64,000 bases of DNA from a virus (lineage: Duplodnaviria > Caudoviricetes), in the IMG/VR virus record IMGVR_UViG_3300026549_000074, positions 6,500-70,499 of that record; one strand, written 5' to 3'. Below are positions 40,921 to 50,426 of this stretch, piece after piece. Under the pieces are notes generated by a model. That model searched no databases. It was not told the origin of the DNA and worked only from the letters and a program-made list of their open reading frames with translations. Each line of letters begins with the position of its first letter. The stretch's first letter is position 1. A program made the translations under genes and the position numbers.

Positions 40921-41817
40921 TTACACCTCATCATCCTTAATTAATTCAGTACAACAATTAGCACCACAATAACCTACCCAGCAATGAACATCAGGTATTC
41001 TGTAATTCTTACCAAAATCCATATCCTCAAAGATATTGGAATGAGTATTAATTCCAAGACATGCCTGACAAATCTCACCTGCTGGTCTTATTGCTAAATA
41101 GTTTAGATGACACTTTTGACCAATAAAAGATAAATTTGTTTTCCAAAGATCTTTCTCATCTATTTCCTTACCATTAATATGATAAGTAACCATAGAAGGA
41201 ATATCACCTAAATCAAAATAATTAGGATCCATAAGAATCTGACTATTATTGATATAAGCTGTTCTTAACTTATCTCTGAAACCAAGATCTGTAGCTTCTT
41301 TAACAAACTTTTCTATATTATGCTTAGCTTCAGGAGTCTGATACATCATTATCTTAATTAAGAATTTAATATCATGATCCCTGCAATACTTGGCATTGTA
41401 TAAAAGAGTCTCATTCTTGGTACACATAGGATGATAGTCAAGAATTACTTCAAGTTTAGGATTAAGAGGTATACCATCTAATTTCTTATAAGCATTAGTA
41501 TAAATTCTAGGTACTCTTACATTATCAAGCTTATACAGACCTTCAAGGAATCTATTAAGAGGTTTCCAGAATAAAGGTTCTCCACCTAATATCTGGATCA
41601 TAAGCTTATATTTCATCTCACTGAACTGATGTAATAAAATATCTGCATGATGATCATCCCACATTACAGATTTATCCGTGTAGAATGGCTGTTCTCTTGT
41701 AAATCCATTGTAGCAATAGGGACAATGATAATTACAGAATAATAAAGGAGTCAGATCTATATTTACCCAATCCAAATCATTAGGATCACAATGTGGATCA
41801 GTACCATGATTTATCAT
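40921..41817 (-). CDS. Radical SAM protein with C-terminal Cys cluster (SPASM/twitch-like)
   Basis: CNYHCPYC (CxxxCxxC), ILGGEPL, YTNA, and C-terminal CHLNY...CQAC...HC...YC...CC. Confidence 0.85.
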   Translation of the reverse strand: MINHGTDPHCDPNDLDWVNIDLTPLLFCNYHCPYCYNGFTREQPFYTDKSVMWDDHHADILLHQFSEMKYKLMIQILGGEPLFWKPLNRFLEGLYKLDNVRVPRIYTNAYKKLDGIPLNPKLEVILDYHPMCTKNETLLYNAKYCRDHDIKFLIKIMMYQTPEAKHNIEKFVKEATDLGFRDKLRTAYINNSQILMDPNYFDLGDIPSMVTYHINGKEIDEKDLWKTNLSFIGQKCHLNYLAIRPAGEICQACLGINTHSNIFEDMDFGKNYRIPDVHCWVGYCGANCCTELIKDDEV

Positions 41818-42532
41818 TCATCACCTCATCATATTCTTTCTTAGCTCCATACCAAAGATTAAGAAACTCATAATTAGAGAATACCTGCTTAAAAGACTTA
41901 CAAGTCTGATTAATTCCTGGTTTCTTACTGGTATAGTGAATCATGCAAATTTTATCTATTTCCCAAGGATAAGCCATATTAGGGATATGAATATTCCAAA
42001 ACTTAGGGTACAGATACTTCTCTTTGTAGATCCAGTTAAGATAATCCTGCTCAGGGTACATTGGATTATATTCCTTACAGAATTTCTTAAAATCTTCTAC
42101 ATTAGCACCTTCAGGAGCATAGAAGAATCCAACATTACAATACTCAGGAGTCCATATTCTTTCAGTATTACCTCTGGTAAAGTAACCACAATCTTGTACT
42201 CCACCAGCTTTCTTAGTAAATTTTTCAGGGAATTCAATATGTTTAATAAATAAAGTATCTGCATCAATAATTAATCCAGATCCATATTTCTCAACTAATT
42301 GAACCTTACCTGCCATAGACTTATGACTGAAATCAGAATCACATGGTAAATCTATAGCATCAAAACATTCAACAGGATATTCAACTGCTTTGGATATACA
42401 GTCATAGCTATCTCTGTCAGTGCCTATATGAAGATTCTCAAGGAACTGTCCATTACCAGATCTCTCCATAGAATACAAAGAGACCTGAAGCATATCCTTG
42501 AGTTCACTAGTACAATAAATATAAGTATTCAC
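41798..42532 (-). CDS. Glycosyltransferase family 8-like protein
   Basis: IIDADTLF (DxD), YCNVGFF, PEQDYLN, WNI, IHYTSKKP: GT8 hallmarks. Confidence 0.85.
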   Translation of the reverse strand: MNTYIYCTSELKDMLQVSLYSMERSGNGQFLENLHIGTDRDSYDCISKAVEYPVECFDAIDLPCDSDFSHKSMAGKVQLVEKYGSGLIIDADTLFIKHIEFPEKFTKKAGGVQDCGYFTRGNTERIWTPEYCNVGFFYAPEGANVEDFKKFCKEYNPMYPEQDYLNWIYKEKYLYPKFWNIHIPNMAYPWEIDKICMIHYTSKKPGINQTCKSFKQVFSNYEFLNLWYGAKKEYDEVMNDKSWY

Positions 42533-43089
42533 TAAATGTTCCTTTTATAGCAATAAACAGGAGTATTAAAGATAATACTACCAAATTTAACACCCTGTCT
42601 TAATTCTCTAGGTAATTCACACATTGCATTCATACACTTGAAATATCCTTCATGGATCTTATCTCTTACATATGTAATGCATTTAATAAGATACTTAATC
42701 TGTTCCTGAGTAACCTTATGCTTATGACCTGTAGCACCTAATAATTCAGCTTCATCAAGATTAGCTTTAGCAGCTAATTCATTAAGAAACTTATCATTAA
42801 TTGGATACAAATCATTACCAATATAAGTAATACCATAATCAATAGTATACTTAACTTCATTATCAAGCCTATTGATTAAATACTGCATCTGTTCCTGTTC
42901 AGAATACTTAGTAAGATCACATTCAATAAGTAATCCATTAGATTCAAAATAGGAATGTCTGCCAAATACACTGGCAATATATGGATTAGTATCCTTACTA
43001 TCGAATGTTATCTTCTTATAAGTATTGGTTTCAGGATCTCTGAAACTACCAGTAAAAGATGTATGTTCTTTATTATCCCATTGAAACAT
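42532..43089 (-). CDS. Tail fibre assembly/chaperone-like protein (DUF4376-like)
   Basis: IDYGITYIGNDLYP...HKVTQEQIKYLIKCI...KIHEGY pattern; follows a fibre gene. Confidence 0.45.
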   Translation of the reverse strand: MFQWDNKEHTSFTGSFRDPETNTYKKITFDSKDTNPYIASVFGRHSYFESNGLLIECDLTKYSEQEQMQYLINRLDNEVKYTIDYGITYIGNDLYPINDKFLNELAAKANLDEAELLGATGHKHKVTQEQIKYLIKCITYVRDKIHEGYFKCMNAMCELPRELRQGVKFGSIIFNTPVYCYKRNI

Positions 43090-44408
43090 TAGCTAACCTT
43101 CATAAATGAACCAAGAGTTCCATCAAATATAAACCACGTACTTCCCTGAGAGCCAGTAGCTGTAGTAGTTGAGTTCGAACCAGAACTATTCTTAGCATAA
43201 GAAGTACTTAAACACCTATAATTACCAGCAGCAGGATGATCTCTAAGTGTACTAGTTGTTCCAGAAACACTGGAATTTAACCATATCTGACTAGCAGGAT
43301 AAACTTTACCTACTTCACCTTTTTTCATTACATCAGTACCACTGATAGTAGCTGTATCAGACCAGTAACCAGCTACAATATCAGCAGAACCAATATCAGA
43401 TCCTTTATGACCATTAACATAGTCTACCATTTCCTGATAGGTAGCAAAGGGAAGTGTTACTGTCTGGCTATTAACAATTCTCTGACCATTTTTACGATAA
43501 TAAACATCATCAATAGTCATATTGTTGTTACCACCACCAGCAATAAGAGTTCTTACAGACTTATCACTGTTATTATAACAATCATTACCACCACCAGATG
43601 TTCCAATAGTAATATTGCCATCATCATCAACAGTAGCAGATCCTGATACCTCACCAACTAAAGTAATCTTAGATCCCTTAGTCACAAAAGGAACATCAGC
43701 AGCACCTGATGCATTAATATGAGAACCATCACTAAAATTAATTACATCAGAGACTACTAATCTCTTATTAGCTCTGCCACGACTATCAGTAGTAGTAGAT
43801 ATAGATCTATCAACAGATACTACTTTAGCTAAGTCTCTCTTTAATATAGCTATCTGCTCATTAAGATACCGAAGAGGAACAAAGGAATTAGGATCCTTAG
43901 CATTAAATGTACCACTAAATGTTGGATTACCATTATCATCATATGATAAATCCAAGTAAGAAGGCTTTGACGGATCATATATATTAGCAAATCTTACAAT
44001 GGGATTAGGTATAGGATAACCCTCATAACTGGCTCTAACCATCTCATCATAGTTCTTGATATAGATTCTCCATACTTTTTTGGTTATAATCTCACCCTCA
44101 GCAGATACGCCGGAGCCAGAACCACCGGCAGGATTAAATAAATCTATATCCTCACCTATACCATTCGTATCATTACTAAGACCCGAATCAGATGCATCCT
44201 TTAATCCATAATTAGTCTGGAGATAATACCTAAGCCATCCCTTAATCCTGAAAACAAAATCATACAGATCCTTAAACTCATCTATATGATCACTAAGAGC
44301 AGCCATCTTGTTATAAGCTGTATTAACCTGAGTATCAACAAGATGACCAGCACTCGCAGGATGATTTAACATCTCCTGCCATGATAATCTATCTACTGGA
44401 TTTATCAT
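43089..44408 (-). CDS. Tail fibre/appendage protein (N4 gp66 position)
   Basis: N-terminal LVDTQVNTAYNKM resembles N4-like fibre anchors; G/S/T-rich beta body; lies after the adaptor gene. Confidence 0.55.
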   Translation of the reverse strand: MINPVDRLSWQEMLNHPASAGHLVDTQVNTAYNKMAALSDHIDEFKDLYDFVFRIKGWLRYYLQTNYGLKDASDSGLSNDTNGIGEDIDLFNPAGGSGSGVSAEGEIITKKVWRIYIKNYDEMVRASYEGYPIPNPIVRFANIYDPSKPSYLDLSYDDNGNPTFSGTFNAKDPNSFVPLRYLNEQIAILKRDLAKVVSVDRSISTTTDSRGRANKRLVVSDVINFSDGSHINASGAADVPFVTKGSKITLVGEVSGSATVDDDGNITIGTSGGGNDCYNNSDKSVRTLIAGGGNNNMTIDDVYYRKNGQRIVNSQTVTLPFATYQEMVDYVNGHKGSDIGSADIVAGYWSDTATISGTDVMKKGEVGKVYPASQIWLNSSVSGTTSTLRDHPAAGNYRCLSTSYAKNSSGSNSTTTATGSQGSTWFIFDGTLGSFMKVS

Positions 44409-45097
44409 ACGAACTTCCTCATCCCTAGTTTAATATTTGTTGAAACATTATTTTCATGAAATAAATTAAGAGTATCAACGTTATCGCATAACTCTTTATA
44501 TTTAGCCTGAGCCATCTGAACTACCTGCATACCAGTCTGGGTAGGAAGTCTTTCAGCTACTCTCATGGTTATTCCATATATCATAGGTTCTTCAAGATAG
44601 CTAGGAATATAAATATCCTTCTCAAAATCTGTAGTATTAGGATCAATATGTTCAGGCTTAGCTTTATATCCAATAATAGCTATTCTTGTATCAATATCAG
44701 TAGTATTAGGAATTTGAATAGTATCAAAGGAAGGGGTAAACCATGCTCTTGGATTATTATTGTCATTAAGAACTATATGCTGACCTGACTCTGTATAAGC
44801 ATTCTCAATCTTAAGTACATCACCAAGGAAAGGATTATCTTTAGTATCCAGAATATATTTATATAATTCCTTGGATTCATCATTAGATCTGCAATATCTT
44901 CTTGTCAGATGGTATAAGGATATCTCAGGAAATCTTCTGAATGCTACATCTTTCTCTAATACTGGATATCTTGAATATAACTGAGTAAGCTCCAGATTAA
45001 GAGCATTGATAATGGCTGGGAACTGTTCATTCTTAGCCATATTAAACTGATACAGATTGTTCTGTACCAGATGATCTATTAACTGTCTTAAGTTCAT
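44405..45097 (-). CDS. Head-tail adaptor (N4 gp67-like)
   Basis: LTQLYSRYP, KYILDT...FLGDVLKIE, VLND, PSFDTIQIP; synteny with terminase. Confidence 0.8.
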   Translation of the reverse strand: MNLRQLIDHLVQNNLYQFNMAKNEQFPAIINALNLELTQLYSRYPVLEKDVAFRRFPEISLYHLTRRYCRSNDESKELYKYILDTKDNPFLGDVLKIENAYTESGQHIVLNDNNNPRAWFTPSFDTIQIPNTTDIDTRIAIIGYKAKPEHIDPNTTDFEKDIYIPSYLEEPMIYGITMRVAERLPTQTGMQVVQMAQAKYKELCDNVDTLNLFHENNVSTNIKLGMRKFV

Positions 45098-46701
45098 ACT
45101 AAATATGACTCCGATGATAAATTAGTCATTGGTTCTTCCCACATCTCATTAACCAGTGGATCTTCAGAGGATATGGTATACTCAAGTTTTGAAGGATTCC
45201 ATATATTCATTGCTGATAACATGGATATGGTATCAATACAGTCATCATGCTTAGACCTGAATCCAGATGGTGTAGCTAATCTTAATTCATCAAGGAATTC
45301 CATCATCCTTGGATCTTTACTCTCAACTAGATCTGAAGGAAACCAGAATTTATGTAGATGGAACCATGGTATTACATTCTGGAATCTGACCATCTTATTT
45401 GTATTAGGGCGGATACCAGGTCTGTTAGAATTCTTATCAGATGCAAAGTTAATAAAATTATTCCTTCTAAGCATCTCTTTCTGGATTATATCTATAAATC
45501 CTTGCTGTTGACCTGTTACTTCTACACCTACCTGTACTGGATGGTATATCTCATTGAAATTAAACAGCTCTTCTATTGTCTTGGAGATATTCTGTCTTTT
45601 AACCATACCATCAACCCAGAAGAACATACCATTGTAGCTTACTGCCCATACCGATATAACAGAGAAATCAGCAGACTGTCTGTCAGTAACTGCAAAATCA
45701 GTAGTAATATAAAAATTATACGCATTCTTATTCTTTAGTAAATCCCTTCGATCATAGAACTGAAGCTCACTTTCAGATACCAGTCTCTCATCATCACTCA
45801 ATATCTTAAGCATTAATTCCTGATTGAATGCAGACACCATACCAGTAGCTTTACTCTTCTCATACTGGTTCAGTAAGTGGTCATATGTGAATCTGTCTTC
45901 CCAAGCACCATAGAAGTCTTCTCTCCTGCATGGGAACTTCTCACATACTGGAAATACATTAACATTCCATGCACCAGACTCAACAGCTTCGTAAAGAGGA
46001 TCTTTCTTATTAAATGGAGTACCACACCATACAATTTTTCTTCTTGTTGGATGTAAAGCCTGTGATACTGCCTTATAAACAGTATTCTTAATATCACTGA
46101 TAACAGTAGCAGACTTGGCATCCTCATCTGATATCAAGTCATCAAGTATTGCTACCTGAGGTCTGGATCCACCAACCTTAGCACCACGAATACCAGTAAG
46201 AGCACCATATCCAATGACAGTAAGCCTATGACCGGAAGCATTAATAAACTCCATTCTGGTATCAGTAAACTTAACATTAGGAAGATATTTCTTAAGAAAA
46301 TCAGACTTTTCATACCTGAACTCAACATTTTTTCTTAAATTCTTAACACCATTCTCTATTGAGTCAGATACATACATGATAAAGCTTACATCTGCTGGCT
46401 TACCACCCTTAAAACCAGGATAAACACCATATACAGCAGTATATAAGATTCCATATTCACCGAATAATGAAGTTTTGGCTGATCCACGGAAGCATAAATT
46501 ACAAATATCACCTTCCTTGGTCAAAGAATCAAGCATTTTCAGGTGAAATACAGGTGTTTTATTCTCTTCACCATCTGTTCCATTGACTAATTTGATGAAA
46601 TTAACGAAATCCAGAGCAAATGTAGTAGGTTTATAGTTAGGATCTGGGTGATAATTGACTTCATTCAGATATTCATCAACTGTTTTCTTCTTTTGGCTCA
46701 T
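45094..46701 (-). CDS. Terminase large subunit (N4 gp68-like)
   Basis: CFRGSAKTS Walker-A-like, AILDDL Walker B, WCGTPF, TTDFA and HDDCIDT RNase H-like nuclease motifs. Confidence 0.93.
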   Translation of the reverse strand: MSQKKKTVDEYLNEVNYHPDPNYKPTTFALDFVNFIKLVNGTDGEENKTPVFHLKMLDSLTKEGDICNLCFRGSAKTSLFGEYGILYTAVYGVYPGFKGGKPADVSFIMYVSDSIENGVKNLRKNVEFRYEKSDFLKKYLPNVKFTDTRMEFINASGHRLTVIGYGALTGIRGAKVGGSRPQVAILDDLISDEDAKSATVISDIKNTVYKAVSQALHPTRRKIVWCGTPFNKKDPLYEAVESGAWNVNVFPVCEKFPCRREDFYGAWEDRFTYDHLLNQYEKSKATGMVSAFNQELMLKILSDDERLVSESELQFYDRRDLLKNKNAYNFYITTDFAVTDRQSADFSVISVWAVSYNGMFFWVDGMVKRQNISKTIEELFNFNEIYHPVQVGVEVTGQQQGFIDIIQKEMLRRNNFINFASDKNSNRPGIRPNTNKMVRFQNVIPWFHLHKFWFPSDLVESKDPRMMEFLDELRLATPSGFRSKHDDCIDTISMLSAMNIWNPSKLEYTISSEDPLVNEMWEEPMTNLSSESYLV

Positions 46702-47365
46702 ATTCAGCCTCTACAATATCAGTATCTAACACATCCTGAGCAGTCTTTGAACCAGAAGAAATCAATTTAGCCTGTAATTCAGCTAATTGTCTGGTAGTAT
46801 TCCTTAATTCAGCTATAGTATCATTAGTAACACCAATGTTAAGCTGTAATTCCTGCTTCTCAGGCTGTTTAAGGTTCTCAATTAAGCATTTGGCAGCTGT
46901 TACTCTAGCCATAGATCCAGCTCTGGGATTCAACATTATCTCCCTTTGGGTATTTATTGCTTCCTGATATACATCCTGATTTAAGATCCAAGTAGGAATA
47001 GCTGCCTGTTCCTGTATCATTATTACTAATTTGCTTCGGGCATAGCTAGATATTACTGAATTTATATCCTTTTCTGGGTATCCCTTAGCTATTAATGCAT
47101 TATATCTGTCAGGAAATACTATTCTGAAAGCATCTTTCTGGGTTCTACCAGCCATTCTATATGATACAAACCTGATAGCCTTAATATATTGAGGTACACT
47201 GAACCTTCCTTGCTTGATAATATTGGCTAATCCAAGTACCTGTTCCCATTCAGCTTCATGATTTGGATCATTGATCAGTTCCTGTACCTCCTGTGCTATC
47301 TCTTTCTTGTTGTAGCACCTGGGTACTAGCTGTTCAATCTCACTTAATTTATTGGATATATCCAT
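46676..47365 (-). CDS. N4 gp69-like protein (probable terminase small subunit)
   Basis: YIKAIRFVSYRM, SVISSYARSKLV, WILNQDVYQEAINTQ, ARVTAAKCLIENLKQPE; directly upstream of TerL. Confidence 0.8.
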   Translation of the reverse strand: MDISNKLSEIEQLVPRCYNKKEIAQEVQELINDPNHEAEWEQVLGLANIIKQGRFSVPQYIKAIRFVSYRMAGRTQKDAFRIVFPDRYNALIAKGYPEKDINSVISSYARSKLVIMIQEQAAIPTWILNQDVYQEAINTQREIMLNPRAGSMARVTAAKCLIENLKQPEKQELQLNIGVTNDTIAELRNTTRQLAELQAKLISSGSKTAQDVLDTDIVEAEYEPKEENS

Positions 47366-47413
47366 GATTTTCCTCTAAACTATCATTAATTTCTAAGTAT
47401 ATCAGGTGATGTT

Positions 47414-47716
47414 ATGAATTGGTATGACTCTCTTGTATCATGGGCTGAGAATCATGGTATTTTAGTAGGATCTTTTGTAGCTTTTATAGTTACAGTACTG
47501 AAATATATTAAGGTAAAGGGCTTTGCAGATGCAGTAGTACTGGGATTATTAGCTTCTTTACTGGTTCCAATGGTATTCTATACTCTGATTGCTATATTCC
47601 CTAATATAAGCCCTTCTTTTGGATTAGCATTAGGTGCTGGTATTGGCTCATTTGGTGCTGATTCTATCCGTTCAATGATTTACCAGTATATACAGGATAA
47701 GTTAAACAACAAATAA
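47414..47716 (+). CDS. Holin
   Basis: 100 aa, three hydrophobic segments, GAGIGSFGADSIR motif, charged C-terminus (lambda-holin-like). Confidence 0.75.
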   Translation: MNWYDSLVSWAENHGILVGSFVAFIVTVLKYIKVKGFADAVVLGLLASLLVPMVFYTLIAIFPNISPSFGLALGAGIGSFGADSIRSMIYQYIQDKLNNK

Positions 47717-47788
47717 ACTGAATAATAACCAATAATTCTTACTATCAATACCATAATTAAAGCCATACTTATCAGTAATTGGTTTCAT
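47702..47788 (-). CDS. Small membrane peptide (28 aa), not in ORF track
   Basis: MKPITDKYGFNYGIDSKNYWLLFSLFVV*; AGGAG RBS 8 nt upstream; upstream sigma70-like promoter. Confidence 0.5.
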   Translation of the reverse strand: MKPITDKYGFNYGIDSKNYWLLFSLFVV

Positions 47789-47826
47789 TTTTTATACTCC
47801 TATAAATGTGATCTATATCACATCAC

Positions 47827-47854
47827 ATAATATCCATTATTTATAATTTGTCAA
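47827..47854 (-). promoter_or_regulatory. Host sigma70-like promoter (leftward)
   Basis: TTGACA-N16-TATTAT on the minus strand. Confidence 0.6.
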
Positions 47855-47953
47855 ATTCAGATCTAACGGGCTTAATAGAATTTTCATAATTTAGTATAGA
47901 TGCAATGTAAGGTAATTAATTGATAAATTAATTAACATCCCCCCCCCATGATT

Positions 47954-47967
47954 TAATCTGACGTATG
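47954..47967 (+). promoter_or_regulatory. Early-region repeated motif, copy 1
   Basis: TAATCTGACGTATG; matches TAATYTGWCGWATG. Confidence 0.4.
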
Positions 47968-47997
47968 GAATCAAAGACAACCAAACAGGAGGAAAAT

Positions 47998-48222
47998 ATG
48001 GCTATGTCAATTGATTGGGTTGCAGCTCTTGGCGGAGCTGTAGTTGGCTGGGTTGCGTCTGGCAAGGTTGACGAGATGGAGACCAAGTTCGCAACGACAG
48101 TTGCGGCTGGTTCAGCAGCTGGTGTCAAGCAGGCCATGAAGGCCCAGGCCAAAAAGATGGCCAAGAAGGTCAAGGCCAAAAAGAGAGCCGGTTCCAGTAA
48201 CGGAAACGGTGAGGACCAGTGA
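47998..48222 (+). CDS. First early gene, small membrane-anchored basic protein (N4 gp1-like position)
   Basis: AGGAGG RBS; hydrophobic N-terminus, Lys/Ala-rich C-terminus; GC-rich codons. Confidence 0.7.
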   Translation: MAMSIDWVAALGGAVVGWVASGKVDEMETKFATTVAAGSAAGVKQAMKAQAKKMAKKVKAKKRAGSSNGNGEDQ

Positions 48223-48301
48223 GGATAAGAAAACTTATCCTTATTGGGTAATAGCCACTATTGTTATAGTGGCTATACTGGTGCTCTGGTTACTTATGTA
48301 A
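48209..48301 (+). CDS. Possible single-TM peptide (30 aa)
   Basis: GTG start, ...YPYWVIATIVIVAILVLWLLM*; weak RBS; followed by a terminator. Confidence 0.35.
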   Translation: MRTSEDKKTYPYWVIATIVIVAILVLWLLM

Positions 48302-48309
48302 CTGGAGCT

Positions 48310-48345
48310 AGTGCATCATCCGAAAGGATGGTGCATTTATTTTTT
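48310..48345 (+). terminator. Rho-independent terminator
   Basis: AGTGCATCATCC-GAAA-GGATGGTGCATT plus T-rich tail. Confidence 0.75.
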
Positions 48346-48399
48346 ATTTATTTTCATTTTTTGTCAGATTCAATCGTGAACAGGATACTCCTGAAACGG

Positions 48400-48413
48400 T
48401 AATTTGACGAATG
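48400..48413 (+). promoter_or_regulatory. Early-region repeated motif, copy 2
   Basis: TAATTTGACGAATG, preceded by the hairpin CAGGA-TAC-TCCTG (48381-48393). Confidence 0.5.
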
Positions 48414-48472
48414 GTGGCAACAACGAGACAACGTAGGGTTGTCAAGTGAGCTACCGCTATGGAGAAATAATT

Positions 48473-48712
48473 ATGGCCTTTGATACTAATAAGGAAAAGA
48501 GAGTCCATTTCATTAATCTCATGAAGTCTTCTAAAGACTTCTGTGGGGAGCATCTTGCTCCTATCTCTGAGAGTGATGTAGTTATGCTTCTGTCCCATAA
48601 AGATATTCTTGATGGGTTGAATGAGAAACTCAAGGGTACAGGATTTACTCTTCAGGTTAACTGGTCTGATGACCAGGGGCAGAGTTGGAAGCAGTACCCT
48701 CAGTCGAGGTAG
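48473..48712 (+). CDS. Early hypothetical protein (79 aa)
   Basis: GGAG RBS before ATG 48473. Confidence 0.7.
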   Translation: MAFDTNKEKRVHFINLMKSSKDFCGEHLAPISESDVVMLLSHKDILDGLNEKLKGTGFTLQVNWSDDQGQSWKQYPQSR

Positions 48713-48732
48713 TTTTAAGTTTTAGTTTTAGC

Positions 48733-48790
48733 AGCTAGGTACAAGACTTCAGATTTGATCTGAATCTTGTATCTAGCTTTTATTTTTTTG
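48733..48790 (+). terminator. Long terminator hairpin
   Basis: AGCTAGGTACAAGA...TCTTGTATCTAGCT plus T run. Confidence 0.7.
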
Positions 48791-48846
48791 TTTATTTTTA
48801 TAGCTTCAATTATGAACAAAGTTCTCCCTTTTAGCTCATATGTTTC

Positions 48847-48860
48847 TAATTTGTCGAATG
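48847..48860 (+). promoter_or_regulatory. Early-region repeated motif, copy 3
   Basis: TAATTTGTCGAATG, preceded by ATGTTTC; upstream of the RNAP gene. Confidence 0.5.
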
Positions 48861-48917
48861 ATATGAACAAGCAATGTTCAATTCCGAACATTGTATTCCT
48901 ATAAGAATGGAGGAATT

Positions 48918-50426
48918 ATGGGAAGAGAATACGTCTATAACAAAGCAGCTAAGACTGCTTATCCAAGGGTTCTTGAGATTGTGAAGGAGATTAAGAATCT
49001 CAAGGTGTCTTACTCAGGTCTGTTCAAGCATGTTACTGATGAGTATTTTGAGAAGTACAACGACAGTTGGACCATTATCAATGGTAATTCCATTGATACC
49101 AATGAGTTGAAGTTCTTCCAGTGCATGATATTTCAGGCACTTGAGGATTGCGGATTTGACTATCATCAGATTCAGTTTGCTGATGAAACCAAGGATTCAG
49201 AACTTAAGAATCAGACTATTACCTACAAGAAGCATAGACTTCTTGGGGACTACAAGCATTGGGTGAATAACCCTTGTGATGTAGAATCTTACAGATTATC
49301 TGGATATGGTATAGATTGGAGAGGTAGATTATATCCTATTGATAACATCTATGATTTCCAAAACTTTAAGGCACTTAGAGCTATGGGAGATAGATTCGAT
49401 TGCACTGAATATGATATGCGTGCTAGTGGTATTCGTATACTTGGATGTTTGCTTAGAGATTCAGGTTTAATTCTTGATTTGATTGACCCAGCTAAAGGTG
49501 ATGTTTACCACAATAAGAAAATAACATTTAAGGATGGTGAGATTCTCAAGTATGGTCTGATGGAGTACATCTATGGCTTTGGCCGTGATGAATTCGGTCA
49601 GTATATCTTAGATGATAAGAGAGAAAGACCTTATAATCTGAATGGTGTTCAGGTACCAGGTGACTGGAAAGCAGTTGATGAACTTCAGAACCAGATAATC
49701 TCTGAGTTCAACAAAGATGATAAAGAAATCTATTACAAGCTTCCGGACGGTTTCATAGTTGACTTTAAGAAGTATCATAAGATTACTATTAATCTCAATG
49801 AGAATTGGTGTCGTAATGGTCTCTATGCTAATGAATATAAGATTCCTGAATTAGAGAAAGATGAAAGGAATATCTACTCTATTGCAGTTGATGGATTAGA
49901 CAGAACCAAGAGAAACTGGCACATGAAGGGTGTAGTAGCATGCATCATTCATGCATGGGATGCTTGGCTGTTACGTGAAGTATATCGTGAGTTTCATGAT
50001 AACTTCAAAGGGTCAATCCATGACTGCTACATATTAAAAGATATCAGTCTTGATAAGATTAATAGCTTTGTATCTAACAAGTTAGCTTGGATATATAAGA
50101 ATGCAGATACTCTGATGGATGAGATTAACAAGACATTTGGTATCAATATCAAGCCAAAAGAATTTGATGAAGATATCTATCAGAAGATTCAGCAGTCTGA
50201 GTCAGTAAAGATAGAGAATCAGGGAATTACTGGTAAAGTGAATAGTCAGACATACTTTGAATATGAGAAGGCATTCTCAGACTTCTTTGAAGGTTATGAC
50301 TGGTTGATTAGAACCAGAATGATACCTGAAGATATCTATACTAGATTCTTAGATGCTTATAAGAAGCTTGAGTGTCCGAATACACTTGTTGATGAATACA
50401 TCAGAAACAAGACGGTAACTAAGTGA
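48918..50426 (+). CDS. Single-chain T7/N4-RNAPII-type RNA polymerase (~502 aa)
   Basis: DWRGRLY, motif A YDMRASG, GDVY, motif B K-x7-YG (KYGLMEYIYG), IIHAWD and motif C SIHDCY, all in one ORF. GGAGG RBS before ATG 48918. Confidence 0.85.
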   Translation: MGREYVYNKAAKTAYPRVLEIVKEIKNLKVSYSGLFKHVTDEYFEKYNDSWTIINGNSIDTNELKFFQCMIFQALEDCGFDYHQIQFADETKDSELKNQTITYKKHRLLGDYKHWVNNPCDVESYRLSGYGIDWRGRLYPIDNIYDFQNFKALRAMGDRFDCTEYDMRASGIRILGCLLRDSGLILDLIDPAKGDVYHNKKITFKDGEILKYGLMEYIYGFGRDEFGQYILDDKRERPYNLNGVQVPGDWKAVDELQNQIISEFNKDDKEIYYKLPDGFIVDFKKYHKITINLNENWCRNGLYANEYKIPELEKDERNIYSIAVDGLDRTKRNWHMKGVVACIIHAWDAWLLREVYREFHDNFKGSIHDCYILKDISLDKINSFVSNKLAWIYKNADTLMDEINKTFGINIKPKEFDEDIYQKIQQSESVKIENQGITGKVNSQTYFEYEKAFSDFFEGYDWLIRTRMIPEDIYTRFLDAYKKLECPNTLVDEYIRNKTVTK

